A stretch of DNA of 63,893 bases, filler included, from Dimargaris cristalligena (taxonomy: Eukaryota), in assembly GCA_003614675.1 (NCBI GenBank). It is 3 parts of 3 records of this genome, joined end to end, with 100 filler letters (N's around TTAATTAATTAA, not from the genome) between each part and the next. Parts side by side here need not be neighbours in the genome. Positions count along the whole stretch, not along the records: positions 1 to 23,098 come from ML002620.1; 2 more parts are not named here. One strand, 5' to 3'. The position numbers and the translations under genes were made by a program. Below, piece by piece: positions 1 through 11,739 of this stretch (positions are counted from its first letter, which is position 1; each line of letters starts with the position of its first letter). The notes under the pieces were generated by a model. That model ran no database searches, was not told where the DNA came from, and saw nothing but the letters and a program-made list of their open reading frames with translations.

Positions 1-1624
1 GTAATAAGTATTGCCAATAAATAACAAAACGTCGACGGCATCTATCAACGATAATCTTACTGCCCCCAATATAGCTTCGCTCTCTGGTCCATTGCGATGG
101 TGTATTTGGAAGCTGGGCCAAATTAGCCCTTGGGAAGAGTGAGTACAAAGCCACCAGAACCTGGACACCGTTTTATATGTATCAGCTGACTGAGAGTAAT
201 CCACTGCCCTCAAATGGTAAAGGAACAGTACCTGAAGCGCTAGTGCACCTACTGACCCCACTCTTCCCATCCATGGCACATATCACTAGTTCATTTCCAC
301 CGTTCCTAATAACTGATACAAAGCTCGACACCAGTTAATTCGGGTTCATTATTGGGAAATAAGCCGACCACACCAGGGGGCAGTATATGAAGAATGTTAG
401 AGTATTGAACGTGGTTGGCCCCCCCCACTTCATTGTGTGTAGCCAAATTCACTATCCCTAACTAAAACTTCGTATAGCCGTAGATTAGGAGACAACCTCA
501 CGTCCAAGAGGGCGCCTAGTATTATTAGGGATTGTCGCCAACACGGTTAACATTAATACAACGGTAAGTTATAGGAGCCTTATCGCAACTGGACTTCTGG
601 CTTGGGTGGACAGACGATCACCACAACTGCTTCCCCTGTCCGCGTGCTTCCAGCGACATTTTTTATACATGAGGGGCGTATCGCAGCAAATGTGCGAAGA
701 TGTTACATGCCAGTCGACATGGTAGGAGCCCCGAAATGGTTCTCTTTACCGACGCGTATACTTTAGATTGGCTACAAAACCACACTTGAACACTATTTAG
801 CGGCAAGTTTATGCTCCACAATTAAAAGGGCTGAGCGGGCCATCGGCGAAGCGATTGAAACTTTGAACGCATTTTGGTCTTCGGGAAGTCGCTCCTAGGA
901 GTAGATGCGCCGAAATAAGCCTTGGTGGTGGGTGATGGGGGGGGGGGTAAGCAAAGTCCCTTTCCATACCTTCCAATAGAGACAAAAGGCGAGAGTCCTC
1001 GTTCCAATTGGACTATTCTTGGGACCCAAAGCCCCTTTTGTTCAACAAGAAAGGCACAGCAGCATCGGCAAACAATAAGGACGGTAGCTAGGAGTAGGCC
1101 AATCATACCCTCCAACTCGGCGGTTCCTATTATGAGACAATGCCTAGCTTAATGGCGAGCCGGTCTGGACGAGCCAACCGTAGATAACGAATGGATCGGG
1201 GAACCCATTCCGGAATCCCCGGGCCCTCCTTGGGCATCCCGTTGGTGACTTAGCGTTGCTTATATTAAGGTATCGATGGTAGGGCCCACCGCCTGATTGT
1301 TTTTCCTGTTGGCGTCCGCCACCAATAATACCTTGCCTTCTTATGGGGACGAAGGGGGCAGGCTCCGATTTCCCTTGGCGACCCGGGCACGGGCGCAGAT
1401 TCATCCGGCCAAGGTGGGGCTGGTCGTCAGGGTGCCGTTTTAAGCCCCGAGCACTACAACCACAGTCGGATGAGACACCTTTGAAAATGACACGGGGCCA
1501 AGCCGCGAACGCAGGGGTAGTTGGCCGCCTAGCTGTATTTCCCCTCTCCACCATATCGACTTTGTGCCGGCTGGTCCCGCTGGTAGGGAGACTCTCCAGT
1601 CTGTACAGGCCCATCCACAACTCG

Positions 1625-1632
1625 TATAAATA
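1625..1632 (+). promoter_or_regulatory. TATA box of the small secreted-protein gene
   Basis: TATAAATA about 150 bp upstream of ATG 1773, followed by a C/A-rich leader and CACCATG context. Confidence 0.55.
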
Positions 1633-1772
1633 CTGTCCTCTTTCTCGTCTCCCAAAATCATCACCAGCTACAACAACCTCCTCTACAACTCGACACGACC
1701 GCAGTCTTTCTTTACCGCTAACCCTCGCCTACTACAACCCCTCTCCTCCAATACCCAAAACCGCCCATCACC

Positions 1773-2219
1773 ATGAAGGTTATCGTCGCTACTCCCCTGG
1801 TTCTCGCTTCCCTGCTGGCCGTTGCTAGTGCAGGCCTCTATGACAGCAACCACTATGGTTCGACTTCCAACATTGATTCCGATTTATCCCCCTCGGCTGG
1901 CAACTCGGGGGGCTACGTGGGATACCAAAGTCAGATGGGCGGCAACAGAATCCCGACTAGCAGTTACTCCGCGGGATTCCAAGAACGTGGAAATGGGGAT
2001 GAGTTTTCGGTTCGTAGTAACTCCGCGACCAATCTAGGTGGCCTTACCAGCAACCGTTATCTAGATGAAGAGACTGAGGAAAGCGCCTTTGGTGACGATG
2101 AGTATGATTCCTCCTTCTATCAACCGTCATCCCAGTATGATGCAGGTGATCTAGAATCTGGCTCTCGTTACGGCGGTTCCAAGAAGCCCAACTACGGCTC
2201 CAATAGCTATGACTTCTAA
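1773..2219 (+). CDS. Small secreted low-complexity (Ser/Gly/Tyr/Asp-rich) protein, 148 aa, unknown function
   Basis: Intronless ORF; signal peptide MKVIVATPLVLASLLAVASA; no Cys; TATA upstream and AATAAA downstream (~2412, ~2436). Confidence 0.8.
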   Translation: MKVIVATPLVLASLLAVASAGLYDSNHYGSTSNIDSDLSPSAGNSGGYVGYQSQMGGNRIPTSSYSAGFQERGNGDEFSVRSNSATNLGGLTSNRYLDEETEESAFGDDEYDSSFYQPSSQYDAGDLESGSRYGGSKKPNYGSNSYDF

Positions 2220-2974
2220 GGCTTAGCCAACTGGCTTGTGGACTGGAGTTGATTGTGATGTTGCTGAATGCCTGATAACCTGATACATACCATTTTTATT
2301 AGCCCAATGGTCGGTTTGTAAGTATAGGCTTGACACACTTTATACCCGACATTTTTGTAAACTACCCTTTACCCTTTTTTTGTTCAATTTTAAATATTCG
2401 CCGGCCTGCTTAATAAAATTTACTGTATTCAGCTCAATAAATACTTTCCGTTGATACCCCCTCCCCCCCCCAAACAAATCAACTATCCTAAGAGAAATTC
2501 TCGAGATATCGGATAGGGCCTATTTGGGGCTGGTTAATATCCGAAATGAATATTCTCGTTAAATCGAATATAGTTTCAACGCAATGTGATACAAAATGGC
2601 GCGGAAACCCACGTATCTGATCATCAGGTCGCAGTGCCAAAAATAACCATGTTCCATGTTTTATAGTCTATACTGGACATGGGCTTTGGAATACCCCTTT
2701 TAATTAATAATAATAACATGGTTACTTGGGGCTTTATACAACACGTCAGTATTAAAAAAACAAAAACAAAAGGATGGTGGCTTATGGATACGATATCGAG
2801 GTATGCCAATAATCCGTTTAAAACAGGGTGGCAAAATTAGGCAACCATCAGACTATGTAAAGGTAGATCATCCAACTGATGCCACACTACCATCTACCTA
2901 GCATCTCGGGTCAAAATCAATAATAAAAATGGGGATAGCGTAGGATGTAATAATAGGTACAATTATACTAGCGA

Positions 2975-4948
2975 CTAGCCTTGGACTTGCCTAGCCCGAG
3001 TTTGTAGGGTTTCAAGTGATTTGAGGACTTCATTCTCGTCGAGACCGTGCCAAACCTCATACATGGTAATCATATCCTGGGCAACGTTTAGAATCTGCTT
3101 AAGGATATCGGGTAAAAAATATTATGAAATATAACTTATTAATATCGGTTTACAAAACATGAAATATAAAGTGTAGAGGTAGTCGGTCAGTAGCAGCTAG
3201 GTTGAACTCTTAATATTAGCTCCAAGTCATCATAGGAACACATTACCTCAACGATATCCACATTCAGTTTGGCGAACCAGGTCTTCATGGTTTGATTGTC
3301 TCCCGGTTGACGGTGAACCGTTGCGATATACAGCGACCCAAGAGCAATCATATGCGGCGGGTAGAGCAAGCAAACGTCGGTACGTAGACTGTCGTTAATT
3401 ACGTACCTAAATCCAAGAATGGTGCATGATGGCAGACGCAGTTTAATTAATATTATCCGCAAACTGGTCCACGTCAGCCGATGTTCCCATTCAACCCGGC
3501 AGGGGTGGTTGTGGATATAAAACGGTAAGAATATTTAAGCGTTGGGCATAAACAGGGTCGAAATACTTACCAGACAAATTGTAAATGGCCCCGGTCGAGA
3601 GGTAGGTCGTTTAGGAATCTGGGTTTCAGAAAGTACATGACAGACAAAAAAAAATCAGCGGCAGTCGATGGGTTAAGCAGAGTAAAGGATGTGTTATCCA
3701 AAGTCGGGTGGGCGTAAGTGGGGATGTAAATGACTCGGATGGATGAGATAACTGTATTCTTACTTGGTAAGCGGTAGGTACGGGTGATATACAATCATAT
3801 AGAAATCGAGTTCTTCCAATAAATAGCATTCGAATTCCGCTAGGTCACAATATTCGTATTTGAAGGGTATATTTTTCGCTAGATACATACCAAACCACGC
3901 CACGAGGATGGACACAAATGCATGAGTATACAGGTCAACAAGGACAGGGTTGAAAATCACCCAGCAGGATAGACAGCTCCAAATCTATCCGATTAGATGT
4001 AATGCCTGGGCGGTGCTTTTAAACATTACTGAACTGTCCTGAGCAATGCTTACATTGTAGTATGTTTCGGGATTCGTTAAAAATAGTTTTTAGATGGTGG
4101 GGCAGCTCCTCAACCTTGCAGGCCAGATAGAGGGAGGTGGTGGCTGTAAGAAAGGGATCGGTCTGCGAGAACGAGTTTCTAGTGAGTGCGGCCAATTGCG
4201 GATTACAACAGCATAAATGTTTAGCAATATATCTTAGAGGGGGTTGGGCCATTAGGGCCGTGACTATGGATCAAAACAAGGCAAAGAGCTAAGTAGCAGT
4301 ATGAATAGTTGGCTACACGCACTTACTTGAGGTAAAAACGCTTAAAAAATACACACGCGGTGGCATGGATCTCCTGGCGTAACCGTAATTTCTTCCCGAT
4401 GCTGTGTATAACTACAAAGGTGTATATAAATGTATAAATATCTCGTCAATAACCGGGTTAGATATGATATATTGCCAGTTGAGTGGACACGTCCGGTCGC
4501 CGACAAGGCTTAAAAACCCGGAATATTCTAATATTCGTATGAAGTGACGCTTGGCTCGGTTGCCTACAGGAGAGGGGTGGCAGGTAGTACCAAACTTCAA
4601 ATAAGAGCACCCCGAGGCATAGCTAGTAGACTTACAGTTGGCAAAGTAAATATGGAAGCGTGCTACCGCCATGTAGTCGACGAATTGAAGGTCATCTAAG
4701 CGACTACATAGGAGGCCCTGTCGGGTGACCGTCCAATGGTTCCTAGGGAGTGGGTCGTGTGAAGCAGTGCCAAAGGCATACGGGAATGTAGCAACGGGTT
4801 ATATAGTTAGATTCCGAATTGGGCTCAGGGAGCGGTATCCTGTCCACAATACACTAAACGGGTGCCTACCGACTCTACTCATAACTGGAGTTAATGGAAA
4901 GTGGGGGGAAGTATACCTTTGGGAGGAATCCCAGTAGTTGGCAGACAT
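2975..4948 (-). CDS. SSN8: Cyclin C (Mediator kinase-module cyclin), 8 exons
   Basis: Spliced by eye with GT-AG introns: MSANYWDSSQR-NHWTVTR, KLRLRQEIHATACVFFKRFYLK, YLACKVEELP, EFECYLLEELDFYMIVYHPY, INDSLRTDVCLLYPPHMIALGSLY, WFAKLNVD; stop at 2975-2977. Confidence 0.95.
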
Positions 4949-5527
4949 GGTGAACCTTTATAGCGAGGTGGTGGAATGGGAAAACTAGTATGGTAAGGTG
5001 GTTAAGGCATGAGACAGTGATTAGAAGGATGTGCTACGAAATGGGAACTGAGACGGACAATCTATCATGCCGTGTTGCATTGACACAACACGCGATTGAA
5101 CCCTGGGCGTCAAGGCGATGAATAGTAGATGCGAGTCCGGCTCTTGGTGTAAAGCTTGCTTTATTGATGGCCAGAGGTGGTTTGCCCGGTTTAGGGTACG
5201 GCAATATTGGTCTAGGTTGACAACCCACCTGTTCGAACAACGTTGGTGTTTGCAGGGGAAGCCACAATGCACTGTTATCCTATACTATATCGACAGCTTC
5301 CGCAGGTTAATTAATATAACATTTAAGGAGAATATTCTTTATATATAAATCATACTAAAGGACTTAATATCCAGTAGTCCCAGAATAAAATAGTACACAC
5401 GCAGATATTGTTGGGCCAAAGGCCCCTATAGCGCTTAGGTTTCAATACCAAGCCCTGTAGTCAGCGGGCCTATGTGAACGGCTTATTCCCTCCCTCCTTC
5501 ACATATAAACGACGGTTTGTTCGAGAC

Positions 5528-6076
5528 CTACTCGTCGCTGTCCAGTACGACCAGCGCGCAACCAATGATATGATTTAGGGCATTCCTCACCACCAAATAA
5601 GAGCCCACGATGGACTGATTGCCACTCAGGCTGATGGTATCATCGGAATAAGTCCGACTAAGGGTCTTGCCGGCCGCCGGACCCTTCCAACAGCCGAATT
5701 TCCCGGTAAGCTGACCCAAGGCACAGGCTTTGCTGGTGGCTTTACTATAGCACGTGTAAGTAGGGGAGCGGGTCGCATGAAACGGGTCGAGCAAGTCATC
5801 GATGGGACAGCTCAACTGGGACCGGCGGCTCTTTTGCGGATTGAGAGCGGACGTGGTCAAGCCGGGCGAATACAAATCCCAGCTGTATTTGTTGAGGTGG
5901 CTAAGACCCGTTATGGAAGTGAGAATATTAACTGAGGTGTCCGACGCTTGAAACCGGACGGTTCCTTGCACCGTGGACGTGGAGTCGAACGTGGCAATCG
6001 CTTCAGAATTGATCACACTTCTCGCTAGCGAAGGGGCTAATAATAAGCTGCCGATTTGAAATAGGATTGCCCACAT
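5528..6076 (-). CDS. Secreted Cu/Zn-SOD-fold (Cu-only SOD5-like) protein lacking the His ligands, copy 1
   Basis: ATG 6076 with signal peptide MWAILFQIGSLLLAPSLARS; SOD-fold motifs VQGTVRF, LLDPF, CALGQLTGKFG, YSDDTISLSGNQSIVGSYLVV, IIGCA. Confidence 0.8.
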   Translation of the reverse strand: MWAILFQIGSLLLAPSLARSVINSEAIATFDSTSTVQGTVRFQASDTSVNILTSITGLSHLNKYSWDLYSPGLTTSALNPQKSRRSQLSCPIDDLLDPFHATRSPTYTCYSKATSKACALGQLTGKFGCWKGPAAGKTLSRTYSDDTISLSGNQSIVGSYLVVRNALNHIIGCALVVLDSDE

Positions 6077-7219
6077 ATTTAAGGTGAGTGGCTGGTATAA
6101 TACGGCCAAGGCCTGGAAATTAGGTATACAAAAAGGGATATAAAAGGACAGACAAAAATCAATCAAACAGTTACAAAAAATGATTATGGCAAGTATTGGA
6201 GGGATGAAGCATGCCGTTGAACCAAACGACCAACTTCAGACACCCTATGCAAATATGGTGGACCTTTGATTCACAGCTCGGGTTGGAGTGTATTCAGTCA
6301 ATAACAATGTTCAAAAGTGAAGGTTGGAAAAGCTGGGACATGTTCACTATGCGGCACTGTTTCACACATGTATTGGAAGAAAAGGCAAAAGATCGCTGCT
6401 GCCTTTCTAATACAAGGGTAGCAAAGACAATTGGAAAGCGAAGTGTGATTTGGCATGAGAATTGCCCTTCTCCCCCAACTCATACGTATCCCTGAACAAT
6501 GGGGTAAGTGGCTATTGACTGGCCCTATTGTCGCACCAAAAGGGAGGGGTTACAACTGACGCCCAGTGAGACACCCACCCACACCCCGCTGTTCGCATAA
6601 GCACCCATTGTGGTCGGTGAGGCTCTTGTGCGACCCAACTGACCAGTGGAGCGAATGGACAGCAGTGAGGAGAGAGGAAAACAAAGCCAGGTGAATGGTC
6701 CAGAGAATAAGCAAGGCCTTTCCAGTTGAATCCAATATTAAGCTAGACTGTGGCGGTACGGAACTGCATATTGGTCAACGGCATGCATTATCTTGAATCG
6801 ATGTTTACGCCAGTTATCTCGGCGGCAAACGGCAGATGGCCGGAAAACTCCCACTATTTGGCCAATATGTATATACTGAGTGAATTTACTACACTTCGTT
6901 TCTTAGTTCATTAGCTTACCTTGATCTTATGACCACTTTTCAAATTACATCCCAAACACAGCTTGGAATAAATCACTGTATATTGATGTATCGAATCAGT
7001 ATGTAGATAATAATAGGTTTATATAATCGAAATATATAGAAGAGTATAATGAGTTTATGACTCGACGAACAAAGATAAATTGGCGGAGTAAATAATTACA
7101 AAAAATGTGTCAACTAGGGGGAAAAATGTGATAATATGTACAAACAAATGTATAAGATTAACTCCCTTTCGATATGGTGGGAATATTATAGCGACCGTGA
7201 ATAGGCATCCGGTGAGTGA

Positions 7220-7795
7220 TTAGACGGCGTGGATTTGGTCACAAGCCACAATCTGACCCTTGCTGTTCTTAATCACGAAGTACTTGTCCACAATGCTAGT
7301 TGAACCGGACAGCGCCAGGCTCACATCTTCAATTTCGATGTAGTACTTAGAGGTAGTGGATGGTCCAACCCAGGGGCGGAATTTAGCGCTCAAGTCGCCG
7401 GACACGCAAGTTTTGTAGTAGGTCAAAGGATCGCACTTGTAGCCAGTGAGCGCTGCGCGATTTTCGGGATCGAAGAGGGTGCCGATGGGACATTCGGGGC
7501 CGTTGGCACGGCGAGTCAGGCGGCGGTGCTCGTCCACAGTGCGCTTGGTGGGGGTCTTTCCGTTGTAGATGCCGTAGGTATACGACTCGCCGGCTTTGAG
7601 TCCGTAAACGATACCGTCGCCACGGACGGCTTTTTTGTCGGCGATGGTCATCATGGAGAAGTTGACGTAGCCGTCAAGCTGGCCGGAAGCGGCGGGGAAG
7701 TTCACGCTGTAGCCGGAAGCTGCCTCCACGGAGGACCACTGGGTAGCGGAGGACACCAGAATAAGGGCGGTTAGGAAAAGCGACTTGATACCCAT
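7220..7795 (-). CDS. Secreted Cu/Zn-SOD-fold (Cu-only SOD5-like) protein lacking the His ligands, copy 2
   Basis: Signal peptide MGIKSLFLTALILVSSATQWSSVEA; motifs LDGYVNF, LFDP, CVSGDLSAKF, EDVSLALSGSTSIVDKYFVIK, IVACDQI; TATATAAA on the minus strand near 7980. Confidence 0.82.
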   Translation of the reverse strand: MGIKSLFLTALILVSSATQWSSVEAASGYSVNFPAASGQLDGYVNFSMMTIADKKAVRGDGIVYGLKAGESYTYGIYNGKTPTKRTVDEHRRLTRRANGPECPIGTLFDPENRAALTGYKCDPLTYYKTCVSGDLSAKFRPWVGPSTTSKYYIEIEDVSLALSGSTSIVDKYFVIKNSKGQIVACDQIHAV

Positions 7796-9403
7796 AGCGA
7801 CTAAGTATAATTATTGAAAAAGGGGGTGATGTGTGATATTAAATGATAGCCTGAAATGTTCAGCTTGGGGAGATTAATTAGTGGAATGAGGTTCTATAGA
7901 TGATGGGCAGGAATGGTGGACACAGAGACTGGTAAAGTGAGTTGGATGATTGGAAAAATAACAGGCCTTACGGCTCTTTATATATAGTTTTGCGGGGGTA
8001 TCTATTTCAAAAGGCTAGGTAATGTTGGCCAGGGTCCACCAAACCCACAAATAGCCCTCCAGGGGAGAATGGTACCGGTAGTGTGCAATACTAATAATAC
8101 GGTCTCAGGTGATTGGGCCGGATGGAAAATCCCTCGGCTGGTCCTCATTTGGTCAGAAATCAAGATGAGGGACTTTCCCTAAAAAAATCTAACCTTTGGG
8201 CCCTTGCTACCCAATCCACCACCATTCACTGCAAATCCGCTGAAAGGGGGCGTATATGTTATTTCCCGCGCGAATAGCGAGACAATATACTTGCCAGAAT
8301 AGACGGGTGTGCCACACCCTGCCGCATTCCGCCGTCACTCCGACGTAAATACCTGATCGCCCAACCCATTGTTCCAAACTACCTAAGCGTACATCATGGG
8401 AATGTCTTGTCGATGGATGTTTTCATAGGACCGGGTAGACTATAACCCCCACGAATTGGTCTAGCGGGATGAATCCACCAACCTATGCACGCACCTCTAA
8501 AGGTTCCCATCATCGACATTTTCTCTGCCTAGGAATAAAGGGCATTGCTGTTGCAGGATCCTGAATAGACGCCAGGGAAAACGGATATGGTGACCATTAG
8601 TCGACCATCGCTCAAGCTGCACCCGTCGGTCAATACCCCAGGGTTCCTGGCCCTAAGTATAAACCGGCCCATTAAATGACTCGTACCATAGTACTATACA
8701 ATGGTGATGTATATGCCAAAATGGGTCAACTCTTTTTCGCCGAAAGAACAATATAGATATATGCCTATTGTTGTGATAACCCTGGTCCTAACATTCATTT
8801 CTATTGTCTGCCACCTGTACCAACCCATTAATAAATAGACGCCTGCGAGGATTTTTCTTCCCGATTCTGCTGGATTCCCAGGCTAACGATGTGTTGATTA
8901 AGAATCCCTCAAATCGATCCATTATCCGCAATATACAATGCCCGTCCCAGGTCGGGGGAATGAATGATTAAACCCAGTGCTGGGAAACCAGAATGGCCCG
9001 TCTAGGTTAGTCAATTTTACCACTCCACCTCGATTTCAGAGCTAATCTATTGGAGAAAAAAGGCGGGAAAAATAAATATAAAAATACCTCCCATTTGACT
9101 ACTACGAACGCACGGGGCCAGCCAAAAGAAATAGACCATCCCCTTCCCCTACAAATCGAAGTGGGACATCCATTCTATACCTCCAGGGCCAAGGGGGGGG
9201 AGTCCGTTGCTGAATGCCACCGAATAGCCCGTTCGTTAAGTAAACAATGGACCACACACCCAAAGACTGACCAAGGGGTCAAACGAAGGCAGAAACAGCC
9301 GCCACGGGATCCCTTCTACCAAGAGCCACGTTGTACTTTCCATATACCGATTATTCGTTCTTTTCCACCCTTGCAACCTTCCGAAACAATCCCTAATCCC
9401 GAC

Positions 9404-10428
9404 ATGGACGTCGACGCCCACTCACCAAACAGCCAGCCCCCCAGCGATGTCGATGCGGAACTCGAAAATCCAACCCGGTTTACTACTCAAGCCCAGGCCG
9501 GGTCCGGCGAGGCTGTCGGAGACTTCCAGGTAGACTCAACGTCTGATTCAACCCCCGCTCCACCGGACCATCGTGCTAATTCTACGGCCAAATCCAGTTC
9601 TGCCGCTACGTCGACCAATGTGACTTTCCCAATTAGCCGAGTTCGGCGTATCATTAAGGAGGACCCCGATATTACCATTTGCCAGGCCGACGCTGTACAC
9701 GCCATCGCCGTTGCCGCGGTAAGTCAAGCCCCTAATCTTTTTGTTACCCGTTTACTGCCATCATGATGGACTAGCACAATCATATAGATTACCTTGAAAT
9801 ACCAACATAGCTATATATAATAATTGTGCATCAACCAGGATCCTTACAATTGTCTGTTTTAATCTAACCATAACCTGTCGCTTGCACATACATTGCTTTT
9901 TATATTACTTCAGCAAATTTTTGCCCAAGAATTGGCTAAATCGGGCCAACAGATGGCACAGGAGGGCAAACGCAAGACCCTCGCCTACAAGGACCTAGGT
10001 AATTTTTATTGTATATTTAGTCAATTAGTTAATTGTATTACCGATTCCGGATTTATATTCCAACCTTTATATTGAAATCTTTTGGGGAACCGTGTTTTGG
10101 TTGGAGGCCTAGCATTTAACCCAAACCTGCATCTGTATCGCCTAACATTTATGGTTCTTAGCCAAAGCCGTTTCGGAGACGGAGAGAATGGAATTTCTGT
10201 CAGGTAAGTAATCCAATTTCTATATTAGTATCCAAATATTGGTATACCGACTACATCTATACTCGGTGGTATCCCCCATACATTGCTAGACTCGTCTGTC
10301 CCATTTATTAATACTATAAAATGCTTTTACGTTGCACTTGCCTGCTTTTAGACTTGATCCCGCCCATGGTACCACTTAAAAAAGCACTCGAACGCAGCAA
10401 GCAAGACGCAAAAACCACCGCTTTGTAA
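9404..10428 (+). CDS. Histone-fold (CBF/NF-Y family) protein, Dpb3/POLE4-like, 4 exons
   Basis: Exons about 9404-9718, 9914-9998, 10162-10203, 10352-10428 give FPISRVRRIIKEDPD...QIFAQELA...KRKTLAYKDLAKAVSETERMEFLSDLIP. Confidence 0.85.
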
Positions 10429-10573
10429 ATCACCTTGATGGTCGCGAGCATCGAACCCTTTTATCTTGTATTCCAACCCATTAATATTTGACGTATCTAT
10501 ATAATTAAGCCCGGAATAAATCATACCCTACTAAGCTCTACCCTGCTTTAATTTAAATCGCACTTCTGATACT

Positions 10574-10717
10574 ATATGGGTGAAATTTGACCCAGCTGAA
10601 TAGGGGTTTGAAGAATACATGTACGGAAAGATCGGTGGGATATTCATGTTAAACCAGTTGCATTCGCCTTATCCAACGGATTTTTCGTTATACAGCCTGG
10701 TTGAACCTCTCCCATAT
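10574..10717 (+). mobile_element. 144-bp MITE-like repeat, copy A
   Basis: ATATGGGTGAAATT...AACCTCTCCCATAT with imperfect terminal inverted repeats; colinear with the copy at 36049. Confidence 0.75.
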
Positions 10718-11739
10718 TAATACATCCCAAAATTACAAAAATTGTATGTTGTAGATCACATACTATAGCTGGGTCGTGAGATTTAGTATTCTGTTAATTT
10801 CTAGGTGTAATAGATAGGGAATTGGCGACATGTGAATATACAAGTGTAGTATATTTGATACAACAAGGGTGTAACGATACAAGAATTAAGAGAAAACTTC
10901 ACTTCGTTCAGCATCAATGTTGGTGTTAAGACGAAGGTTTATTCGAGGGGTGTAAATAAGATAGATAAAAATAAGCCAACAAGTAAAGGAATTGTAAATT
11001 TGATGGTGCACGTTGTTTGGGATGACGGTCGATGGTCTTATTCCACATCCACCGAGGACATTCTTTATAAGAGGTTGGTGTAGTTGTTGGGGCCGAGATG
11101 TAATAATGGCGTGTTGTAGTAAAGCCAGGATACCCTGGAAGAACGTAAGGCAGTAATGACTCGGACTGTTGAAAAATAATAGAGGAGATGTAGATAGACA
11201 CGTCAATGACTGATTGTGCGTTAGACATGTAACGTAAAGCGCCACAAAGGGAAAGCTCGAAACCCAGAGAGATTGTTAAGACAGGTTCGTGTTTAAGTCG
11301 GGTGTAAATAGAAACATGCGTATTTCGTCCCCAATTGTTGCCCATAACGCTGTCCAATCACGATTAGAAAGCTTACCAGCCCTCCGTAGCTAGTGTTTAT
11401 CCAATTATGTATGCCCCTGGGAATATGGATGATTCTCTAGTAAGGGTGATGTGCTCGCTCTAAAAATAAACCACAGTTGACATGAAAAAACGATTATTGT
11501 TGTATTAACATTATTTGTGTATACGTGAATATATTAGCAGATGTAACGATATCGGGTCTCCTCAGCGTAAGAGCCACACCAGATAACTTAACGAAAGGGC
11601 GGCAAAAGAACAGAAGTAAGCGGCATCTTTGAGTAAGACCAATCTAAAAAAATACATCAGCTCAAGTTCAATTCACCAACGGATTGCAATAATTGACGGG
11701 TCCGTGGACCACCTTAAAGAGTGTATGCTAAGAAGCTGG

